DNA of 64,000 nucleotides from positions 160,001-224,000 of the forward strand of contig JBBQZX010000004.1 of NCBI GenBank assembly GCA_038207335.1, given 5' to 3'. The translations under genes were made by a program, and so were the position numbers. Below, piece by piece: positions 27,754-36,122 of this stretch. The stretch comes from Chthoniobacterales bacterium. Its GTDB lineage: Bacteria; Verrucomicrobiota; Verrucomicrobiia; Chthoniobacterales; Chthoniobacteraceae. Within the stretch, counting starts at the first letter, position 1; each line of letters begins with the position of its first letter. The notes beneath the pieces were generated by a model. That model saw nothing but the letters and a program-made list of their open reading frames with translations. It was not told the origin of the DNA and did no database searches.

Positions 27754-29561
27754 AGCGCGCGGCGGTGGCGGCGGAGGCCGACGAGCATTCCCATGCCACT
27801 GAGGAGCGCGAGGAATGCGGAAGGCTCAGGCACGACGGTCAGCGTCAGGTCGTTTCCGGTGCCGCCGGTGTAGCTGGCGTGAAACGTATTTGTGCCGAAA
27901 GCAAAAGTGCTGTTGTTCGCGAGGTTTGCGAATGTGCCGGCGATCGGAGCCGCGCCGGTGTTGTCGATGACCGTGAAACTCAGGCCCGGAGTCAGCGTGC
28001 CGCTGCCGATGTCGCTGAAGGTGAACATTGCGCCCGAACTGAGGCTCACCGAGGGAGCTATGAGCGTGTCCGCAGTCCCCGCCGCGGAGTCGATGTTTAA
28101 AGTATAAGCCGCATCCGAGGCGAGACTCAGTGCGCCGGTGGTGAGCGTGCCGACCGTTGTCGCGGTGCCGGGCGCGATGCGCGCGCTCGAGCTTGCGCCG
28201 CTGCCGTCGCCGATGTTCACGGCATTCGCGAGCGAGCCGCCGCCGGCGAGCGTGGCGTTTTTCACCGCGGTGCCGACGCTTGCGGAGATCGAGCCATTCA
28301 CCACGAGCGTCCCCCCGTCCACGAACGTCGGGCCCGAATAGGTGCTCGTGCTCCCGACTGGGAGGGTCAGCGCGCCTGCGCCGAGTTTTCTCAGGCCGTC
28401 GTCCACCGGGCTGTCGCCGCCGATACCGGAATGCACGAGCGGTGCTGCTACCGTCACGTCGAAGCCATTCGTATCGATCCGCGCGCCGGAGTCGCGAACG
28501 TTGGCAGTCACGCCGGTCAGGGCGAGCGCCGTCCCGTTCGCACGCAGCGTTCCGCCGTTGAAATTCACCACGCTCGCCTGGGTCTTCCCCACCTCGGTAA
28601 TGGCATACGCCCCCGGGCCGACTGCCGTATTCGTCGCGAAAGTGCCACCATTCAGATTCAGCGTGCCGGAACCGCTTCCCAGATTGCCAAGCCGGAAACT
28701 CCCCGTTGCCACGCCGGTCGTGAGCAGCCCGGTTCCCGAGATCGTGATCGTCCCCACCGTGTTGGCTGTCGCCTGGTAGCCCGTCCCGACATTCACGTTA
28801 CTCGTGGTCGTCAGCGTGCCGCCGGAGACATTCACAACTCCGCTATCGGCGCCTGCGGCTCCCATAAAGAGCGTTTGCGTCGTATTGAACGTCCCAGCCG
28901 TCACGTTCAGCGTCGCCGATCCACCGTCGCCCACACCCGTGTAGCTCCCACCGGTAAAACTCGCCGCCCCGCTGCTGTTGAAGACCACGCCCCCTCTGAG
29001 CTGCAGCTTCGCCACCATCGTCGATGTCCCTGTGTAGTTCACCGTGCCACCGTTCACGATCACCGCCAAGCCGCTACCGCCAGAAACTCCGCTTCCGATA
29101 TTCAGCACGTTCCCCCGTCCCGATGTTCCAAGTCTGACTCGCACTGATCGTAAGCGTCTGGTTGATCGTCGTCGTCCCCGCCGAGAGCGCCGTCGTCGTG
29201 ATCCCGCTGCCAAAGAGGAAGAAGTTATTCGTCGTCCCGCCAGCCAGCGTGTAGCCGCTCGCGGTGAAAATCAGCCCCAGCGCATTGTTGGCGTCGTCAC
29301 CGTTACCGTCCCTGCCGTGCCGGCGAAAGTCGCGGTATTACTTTTCACGTTTGGCCAGACCACATCCCCCGCCACACCGGCGAGATGCCAAAAGCTCGAG
29401 GTCGTATTCCAATCCGCCGTCCCACCCGAGCCAGGATCGGTCCCGAGCTGAGTCGGATCCCAGAAGTAATTCGCCGCGCTGGCAAAAGGCGCGAGTGCAG
29501 GCAGAGCGACGGCGGCGAGGATGGACGTGGCGAGGATTGGGAGGCGGTTTTTGCGGGTCAT
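27750..29561 (-). pseudogene. PEP-CTERM protein with autotransporter-associated beta-strand repeat, broken by two frameshifts
   Basis: Signal peptide MTRKNRL...ASA, then YFWD...W; one base missing near 29292 and one extra G in the G5 run at 29112-29116; GLRKLGAGALTL..STYSG.T repeat; VPEPS-TM-RRHRR terminus. Confidence 0.8.
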
Positions 29562-29751
29562 AATCAGGAGCTTAGAAGGGGATTCAAAAAACGGGGGAAA
29601 AGGACTTACTCGAACACTCGCGGCATTCAAGCAGCGGTTCCTGTAAAAAATTTAGTTCCCGGCTAGCGGTGGAGCAGTAACGCCCTTCCCCCCAATAGCG
29701 AAGAGAACGGCAAAGCGTTCACCTCAAGCGGTTAAGATAAACCGCCGGCAA

Positions 29752-32190
29752 CTAGGTGGCAGAGGAAGGCGAGAGATCTAGTTCGCGGATGGTGACGCTG
29801 TTTTCGGCGGGGCCGATGGGGAGGATTTGAGCGTCGGCGAGGTTGTTCAGAGCGTATCTCGTGGGGCCGATTGTCACGCTGCGGATGAGTTGGGCGACGA
29901 TGCCGGTGCTTTCTCCGGGGGCGCCGGTAACGGTGCCGCGGATAGTGATGCTCGCGATTTTGGAGACGATGCCGGGGTCGTCGAAGCCGGGGGCGATTTC
30001 GTCGAGGGCGTTGCCAAAGCCCGCGTCGGCTCCGACAGCAACGCCTGCGACGATGCTGGATGCGGTCCAGTTGCCGTTCACTTTTATGCTGCCGATTTGG
30101 GCGTCGGGATTGGACGGTGTGCCGGTGAGGTCGTATCCGGCGAGAATGTTCGTGGCGCTCGCGTTTCCACGGACGGTGAGGCGCGCGAGCTTGATACCGA
30201 CGGTGAGTTCCGAGTCGGTGAGGTCGTGGGTAAAGGTGAGCGCGTTGGCGGTATCGGCGACGCGTAAGGTGGTGCCGTTGGCGTTGCCGCCCACGGTGAA
30301 TGTCTTGAGTTTCCCTCCGATGAGAATCGTGGAGCCGATGCTGGCGTCGCCGAGGATGCGGAGGGTGCCTGCGTCGCCGTCGCTGAGGAGTCCGTCGCCA
30401 GTGCGGATGGTTCCGCCGCTGAGCGCGCCGAGTGTGAGTTTCGCGATGCCGCCGTCGGCGGTGATCGCGCCGCTGCCGATGCCCGCCCCTGCGCCGAGAT
30501 GGCCGGAGATGCTGATGTTTCCAAGGTCCCCGACGAATTCGCCCGTCTCGTCGATGCGGTCGAAGGCCGAGACCGTGCCGCCCCGGTTGCCGTCGCCGCC
30601 CTGAACGTTGCCGGTGATTTCCACCTTTCCGATCTTCCCGAGCGCGGAGACTGCGCCGCTGAAAAGTCCGCCGCCGCCCGCGAGCGCATCGAGCGCCGTG
30701 GTGGCACTGCCGCCGATCGTGACGCTGCCGAGCGAGCCGCCGGAAATCACTGCGCCGGAGTTGCCGCCCATACCGCCCTCGACGTGGCCGAGCACGGTGA
30801 TCGAGCCGAAGCCGCCGGCTTGCAACGGATCGAGTCCGCTCCGAACGAGGCCGCTCTGCTGACCATCGGAGCCGGTGAGGTCGCCGCGAATAAGGACGCT
30901 TTTCACCGCTCCTTGCGCGAGGATCGAGCCGGAGCCATCCCCCACCCCGCCCTCGACGCTGCCGATGATCTCGATCTTACCGATGTCGCGCCCGCTTTCG
31001 ATCGAACCGGTCTGGGCGAAAGAGCCGCCGAAGATGTTTCCCAGCACCTTCACATCGGGCAGGCCATCCGCGAAAATCCCGCCGGAGCGCGCACCCGCGT
31101 TTGGAGTGGTGCCGTCGATATCACCGGTCAGGCGCACTTTTGCGATCGATCCGATCGCGCTCACGAAGCCGCTCCGCGGCCCCACACCAGCCACGATGTC
31201 CTCGCCGACTGTCAGCGACGAAATGTTTCCGAATGCCCGGAGCGTCCCCGAGTTTTCCCCGATGCCGCCCGCGACGTCGCCGCCGATCTTCACGGCGCCG
31301 ACATTTCCGCGGCTCATGATGGTACCGCTGTTCGTACCATCGGCGCCAGCGAGCCCGCCGGAAATATCCACGCTCGCGATTCCCGCAGCCGCGCTGATCC
31401 TCCCGGAATTCGCGCCGCCGCCGCCCATCACGCTTCCGCCAATCACGATCGCGCCGATGCCGCGTTCGCTGGTGATTTCTCCCGTGTCGTCACTCGCCGC
31501 CTCCACCGCCGTGCGGCCGACGAGCGAGCCGCCGATTGCGAGCGAGCCGAGCTTTGCGGCGGTCGTCACCTGGCCTTGGCTATTCTTACCGTCGATGACC
31601 CGGACGCGCGCGTCCTTCACGTCCGCGATCACTTTCAAAAAACTCAATTCCCCAGTGATCGTGCTTACGAGATCCGGAGCGGGATTCGTGGCGGTCGGCT
31701 CAGCCACTTGGATTTGTGTGGAAGTCCCGAGTTGCCCGATAGATTGCACCGTAAGCCCTGCAAGCCCGATTTTCAGCGCCGCACCGCCTGCATCGACCTG
31801 CCCGAGGTCGCCGTCGATTACGATCTTCCCGAGCGAAACTCCCACGCCGGAAATCGCGCCGACATTTGCGAAACCATTGGCCATGCCCACTTGCTCCGCG
31901 ATGATCGTAAGCCCCACGCCATCCACCGTGCTGCCTTTGCTCGCGATCACCGGGAATTTCGTGAAGTCGATCAACTGCAACTGCTGCGGTGTCGTCGAGT
32001 CAGTCCCCACATCGCCCATGTCGAATTTGAACACTTCGTTCGCCTTCGCGAGCTGCGCCGCCGCGTCGCCGGTGAAGACGTTCTTTGAAAATGTGACTGT
32101 CACGAGGTCGCCGTCCGTGTCGGTATAGATGAGCTTTCCCGCGCCGATGAGAGCCGCCGGGGCAATGCGATGCTCGAGGATTTCGATCAT
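29752..32190 (-). CDS. Gly-rich beta-solenoid surface protein with N-terminal LEPR-XLL-like motif
   Basis: MIEILEHRIAPA, YTDTDGDLVTV and many I-G-x-V-x-I-x-G-x-V-x-GG-x-G-x-x-SG repeats. Confidence 0.85.
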   Translation of the reverse strand: MIEILEHRIAPAALIGAGKLIYTDTDGDLVTVTFSKNVFTGDAAAQLAKANEVFKFDMGDVGTDSTTPQQLQLIDFTKFPVIASKGSTVDGVGLTIIAEQVGMANGFANVGAISGVGVSLGKIVIDGDLGQVDAGGAALKIGLAGLTVQSIGQLGTSTQIQVAEPTATNPAPDLVSTITGELSFLKVIADVKDARVRVIDGKNSQGQVTTAAKLGSLAIGGSLVGRTAVEAASDDTGEITSERGIGAIVIGGSVMGGGGANSGRISAAAGIASVDISGGLAGADGTNSGTIMSRGNVGAVKIGGDVAGGIGENSGTLRAFGNISSLTVGEDIVAGVGPRSGFVSAIGSIAKVRLTGDIDGTTPNAGARSGGIFADGLPDVKVLGNIFGGSFAQTGSIESGRDIGKIEIIGSVEGGVGDGSGSILAQGAVKSVLIRGDLTGSDGQQSGLVRSGLDPLQAGGFGSITVLGHVEGGMGGNSGAVISGGSLGSVTIGGSATTALDALAGGGGLFSGAVSALGKIGKVEITGNVQGGDGNRGGTVSAFDRIDETGEFVGDLGNISISGHLGAGAGIGSGAITADGGIAKLTLGALSGGTIRTGDGLLSDGDAGTLRILGDASIGSTILIGGKLKTFTVGGNANGTTLRVADTANALTFTHDLTDSELTVGIKLARLTVRGNASATNILAGYDLTGTPSNPDAQIGSIKVNGNWTASSIVAGVAVGADAGFGNALDEIAPGFDDPGIVSKIASITIRGTVTGAPGESTGIVAQLIRSVTIGPTRYALNNLADAQILPIGPAENSVTIRELDLSPSSAT

Positions 32191-34895
32191 GGCGCGGCTT
32201 GGATGTCGTCGTTCACCACGCTGACCTCGCCGCCGACGAGTCCGTTGAAAAGCGGGTCGGCGCTCACTGCGGCTTTTAGCGTGATTTTGTAGTTCTTGTT
32301 GCCGTCGGCCACGTTGTCGTCCACGCCGGTCACGGTCACTGTTTGCGGCACGTTCCAGTTCGCCGCCGTGAAGACCAGCGAGGCTGGCGACACCGTCCCC
32401 TCGGTCGTCAGCGTGCTCTCGAGAGGGATCGTCACCGAGTCGTTCGCGGGCTCGCCGTCGGCCGCAGTGCTCACTGGTGGCGTGTCGAGCACCACGGTGA
32501 AAGTCGCGGTTCCGCCGGCTTCAGTGGTGTGCAGTCCGCTCGTCGCCGAGAGCACAATCGAGGGCGGCAGCGGGCCCGTAGCGAGCACCTTCGCAGTGCC
32601 ATCCGCATCTGCGATCGGGTCGCTGTAAACGGCTTCGCTCAGCAGGTATTTGCGTCCGCCGCTCTGGCCTTTCGGGAGCGTGATCGCGAAGTTTCCGTTG
32701 CCGCCTGCGCCCGCCGGAAATGGGATGATATTCAACTCCGGCCCGCCATTGATCAGCAGCGGCACATCCTTGCCTGGCCCGGTCGTATTTAAGATCGGAT
32801 CGGTTGACAGCCAGAACCGCAGCTTCGAGGTCGGGAGCTGCACGTTCCCCGAATTGATGATCACGAAAACCCCGTTGTAGATAACTTTGTAATTCGGGCC
32901 CGGCACCCCAACCGCCGATTTCGCCGGGCCGCTATTCCACGCGATCGTCAGCTTCGGGTGCGGGAACGGCGGCAGATGCGGCGCCGCCTTGAACTCCGGC
33001 GTCACCGTCGCCCACGCCACCGCCTCGTTGGTCACCGCTTCGTTCTTCTTGCGAATGTGAACCCGCATCGAAAACCGCTCGCTATCCTTGTATCCGTGCG
33101 TCCCACGCACCACAAATTTCCCGCTAACCCGGTCGCGTTTGATCGTTCCTGCCGACACGCCACCATCGCCCCAGTCGATCTGCACTGCGTATCCCGACGC
33201 AGTCGCCGGTGGCGTATCGGTAAAAGTCGCGACCATCCGGTTCACGACTCGTGAGTTGTTCACCGCTAGCGTCTCGCCCACCGCGTGAATCGCCGCCGCC
33301 GTCACCGTCGCCGTACTGTGCGCCGTCGCCCGCGCGCCATTGTTCCCGAGAAAATCCACCACCACAGGATACGTCCCCGCCCGCACATAAGTGTGCCCAC
33401 CCACCGCCACGTAGCTGTTCGAGCCCGGCTTCGTCTGGTCGCGTCCCACCGGTGCCGCGTCGATCGGCGTCCCGTCGCCCCAGTTGATCTTCGCTGTAAA
33501 ATTCCCCGGCGCGCCCCCCGCGTCCACGTCCGCGACCTTCCCCACCACCGTCGCCGAAAACGCCACGCCCGGCTCCGCCACAATCGCCACCGGCTCCGCT
33601 CGGGCCGCGCGATCCCCCGCCGCGATATACGCATTCGTGTAATCCGAAATCGCCTCGAACCCGCCCCGCGACACATCGAACTGCCGGATGCTGAACCCCT
33701 CATTGATGAGCCCTGCATACCCCGGATTCGGCTGCACCTGCGCCACCCGCCCGTTCTGCGCCAGCAGCGATCCCTTTGGGCCGAGCGACGCCGAGAGCGG
33801 CAGCAGCGAGTGCTGAATATCAAGATAATCGAACTCCAAATCCACCGCCTCCAGCCCGAACACCGCAGGAGTATCCGTCAGCGTCGTGTGTGTCTCCATC
33901 CGGCGCAGGAAAGGGTTGCAGTTCGACTCATCCGGCGCCGCCGTCACCAGAAACCGCTTCACCGCGCTCGCCCCCGTCGAATCCGTCACTTTCACCGTGA
34001 TCGTTGACGCCCCCACCCCTTTCGCGCTCAGCACCAGCACCGCATCCGTCTCATTCGGCAGCAGCGTCGCCGACGTGATTTTCACCTGCGAGTTCGGTGC
34101 CGAATTCGTCGTTGGTGTCGTCCGCAGCTTCGGCAGCAAATCCCACCCGCGCAGCAGTTGCCCGAAGATATTGTGCTTAAAATCGAGATGCCGCGGCTTC
34201 CCATCCGTGATGAAAAACTGCGACCCATTCGTATCCAGATAATCCGGCACGATCAGTGTCCCACCGCCGCCCAGCGCATACCCTGTCTGAGTTCCCGCAT
34301 TCGCCATCGCGAGCTGCCCGCGTCCTGAGAAAATCGTCCCATTGCTGAACTCATTCTGAAACTTCCACGACGTGGACGAATCGCCATCCACTATCCCCGG
34401 CCCGCCGCCACCCGTCCCCAGCGGATCGCCGCCTTGGAAAATAAACCCGGTCGTCCCCAACCCGCCTCCGAGGTCCGTGATCCGGTGAAAAATCACATTA
34501 TCGTAAAACCCCGACTGCGCCATCCCGCCCACGAATCCTGCCGTGATCGGCAGCCAGTCGCGAAACAGCATAAAATCCATCGTCCCCGAATAAGCCGCGT
34601 CCGTATCCCCGTTGCCCGCGTGCGTCACCACCAGACGCAGCGTCGGATTCCCCGTCTTCGCCCGCACGAGGATTTTCGGATTCGAGCTGCTCACTTTATA
34701 GGAAAGCGCCCCGCCATCCGGGTCCGATGCCGTGAGCGGCATCAAGAGCGTCTTCCCCACCGGGATCACCGGCGCGACTTTAGGAATCTGCGTCGGCCCC
34801 TCTGAAAGCGGATCATCCAGAACAGGTGGCGCGCCGAACACTCCCAGCGGGAGCGCGCAGCAGAGTAAAAAGCTGATTTTCACGAGAAATCGCAT
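32187..34895 (-). CDS. Secreted cyclophilin-type peptidyl-prolyl isomerase fused to PKD-like and Calx-beta-like domains
   Basis: FYDNVIFHR, FQGGDPLGTG, LAMANAG, NGSQFFIT, IFGQ; two I[N/D]WGDG repeats; LVFTAANWNVPQTVTVTGVDD. An alternative start at 34940 is possible. Confidence 0.88.
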   Translation of the reverse strand: MRFLVKISFLLCCALPLGVFGAPPVLDDPLSEGPTQIPKVAPVIPVGKTLLMPLTASDPDGGALSYKVSSSNPKILVRAKTGNPTLRLVVTHAGNGDTDAAYSGTMDFMLFRDWLPITAGFVGGMAQSGFYDNVIFHRITDLGGGLGTTGFIFQGGDPLGTGGGGPGIVDGDSSTSWKFQNEFSNGTIFSGRGQLAMANAGTQTGYALGGGGTLIVPDYLDTNGSQFFITDGKPRHLDFKHNIFGQLLRGWDLLPKLRTTPTTNSAPNSQVKITSATLLPNETDAVLVLSAKGVGASTITVKVTDSTGASAVKRFLVTAAPDESNCNPFLRRMETHTTLTDTPAVFGLEAVDLEFDYLDIQHSLLPLSASLGPKGSLLAQNGRVAQVQPNPGYAGLINEGFSIRQFDVSRGGFEAISDYTNAYIAAGDRAARAEPVAIVAEPGVAFSATVVGKVADVDAGGAPGNFTAKINWGDGTPIDAAPVGRDQTKPGSNSYVAVGGHTYVRAGTYPVVVDFLGNNGARATAHSTATVTAAAIHAVGETLAVNNSRVVNRMVATFTDTPPATASGYAVQIDWGDGGVSAGTIKRDRVSGKFVVRGTHGYKDSERFSMRVHIRKKNEAVTNEAVAWATVTPEFKAAPHLPPFPHPKLTIAWNSGPAKSAVGVPGPNYKVIYNGVFVIINSGNVQLPTSKLRFWLSTDPILNTTGPGKDVPLLINGGPELNIIPFPAGAGGNGNFAITLPKGQSGGRKYLLSEAVYSDPIADADGTAKVLATGPLPPSIVLSATSGLHTTEAGGTATFTVVLDTPPVSTAADGEPANDSVTIPLESTLTTEGTVSPASLVFTAANWNVPQTVTVTGVDDNVADGNKNYKITLKAAVSADPLFNGLVGGEVSVVNDDIQAAP

Positions 34896-35048
34896 GAGGA
34901 AAACCGCTGCAACCGCCCAATAGCGACCAGCGGCGCGCAATCTTCCCCGACTCTGTAATCGTGCAAGCCAAAAACCAAAATTACCCTAAACTTTGGCCTG
35001 CAAACGCGCTCGGCAACGCGCCACCCGCCGCTATCCTCGACGCCACGC

Positions 35049-35987
35049 ATGAAACTCATTCCCGCCGCCCTCCTCTGCGCTTTTTTCATCACGCCCGCAC
35101 TCCGCGCCGAACAAACCGGCACTCCGCGCCGCGTTCTCGCCGCCGACGACTCCACCCATCACCTCGCCATCATTGCCGCCGACGGCACCGTCGAATGGGA
35201 AACCAAAACCGGCCCCATCCACGACGCGCAACTCCTTCTCGGAGGCAACATCCTCCTCCAGCAAGACTGGACGCACGTCGTCGAACTCACCCCCAGCCAC
35301 ACCGTCGCGTGGGAATATGACGCCGCAAAAAACAACGGCAACGAAGGCAAAAAGGTCGAGGTCCACTCCTTCCAGCGCCTCGAAGACGGTACCACGCTCA
35401 TCGCCGAATCCGGCCCCGCACGTCTGATCGAAGTCGAAAAGGACGGCAGTCTCCTTCGCGAAATTCCCCTCCATATCGATCACCCCAGCACTCACAGCGG
35501 CACGCGTCTCGTTCGCAAACTTCCCAGTGGCAATTACCTCGTCGCCCACGAGAGCGACGGCTGCGTCCGCGAATACGACCCCACCGGAGCCATCGTCTGG
35601 CAATACGACGTCCCGCTTTTCGACCGCGAACCGAAACCTGGCCACGGCCCCGAAGCCTTTGGCAACGCCGTCTTCAGCGCGATTCGCCTCCCCGGCGGCA
35701 ATACCCTCATCGGCACCGGCAACGGCCACTCCGTGCTCGAAGTCACCCCCGACAAGCAGATCGTCTGGAAAGTGGCGCAAAACGATCTCCCCGGCATCAC
35801 TCTCGCATGGGTCACTCGCGTCGCCCGCCTTCCCAACGGCAACACGCTGATCGGCAACTGCCACGCCGGCCCCGGACAGCCGCAATTCCTCGAAATTACT
35901 CCAGACAAAAAAGTCGTCTGGACTTTCAAAGACTTCACCCACTTCGGAGACTCCACCCCCGTCCAAATCGCACTCGGCGAAAAGTAG
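35049..35987 (+). CDS. Secreted beta-propeller repeat protein
   Basis: Signal peptide; repeated RL[P/E]xGNT/YLI and VxE..P....VW blades. Confidence 0.85.
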   Translation: MKLIPAALLCAFFITPALRAEQTGTPRRVLAADDSTHHLAIIAADGTVEWETKTGPIHDAQLLLGGNILLQQDWTHVVELTPSHTVAWEYDAAKNNGNEGKKVEVHSFQRLEDGTTLIAESGPARLIEVEKDGSLLREIPLHIDHPSTHSGTRLVRKLPSGNYLVAHESDGCVREYDPTGAIVWQYDVPLFDREPKPGHGPEAFGNAVFSAIRLPGGNTLIGTGNGHSVLEVTPDKQIVWKVAQNDLPGITLAWVTRVARLPNGNTLIGNCHAGPGQPQFLEITPDKKVVWTFKDFTHFGDSTPVQIALGEK

Positions 35988-35993
35988 CACGCT

Positions 35994-36028
35994 GTAGCCG
36001 GGATCGCCGATCCCGTCTGCCGGGTCGT
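35994..36028 (+). repeat. GTAG-family REP-like palindrome, copy 2
   Basis: GTAGCCGGGATCGCCGATCCCG...CGGGTCGT just downstream of a stop codon. Confidence 0.65.
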
Positions 36029-36084
36029 CCGGAGCGCGGGGTTCGACCACAGTCGTCACGCGAGAAACGCACCCCCGCCGAATC

Positions 36085-36113
36085 TTGCTCCGCGGAAAGC
36101 CGGATGGTAACCT
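36085..36113 (+). promoter_or_regulatory. Putative near-leaderless sigma70 promoter with extended -10
   Basis: TTGCTC-N17-TAACCT (TGn extension)-N9-ATG. Confidence 0.5.
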
Positions 36114-36122
36114 CCCCGCCGC

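Noticed and set aside
30499..32128. Long + strand ORFs (529 and 417 aa)
   Set aside because: Shadows of the repetitive minus-strand beta-solenoid gene.
36030..36075. Possible tRNA (GGTTCGA)
   Set aside because: No T-stem, cloverleaf or acceptor stem.
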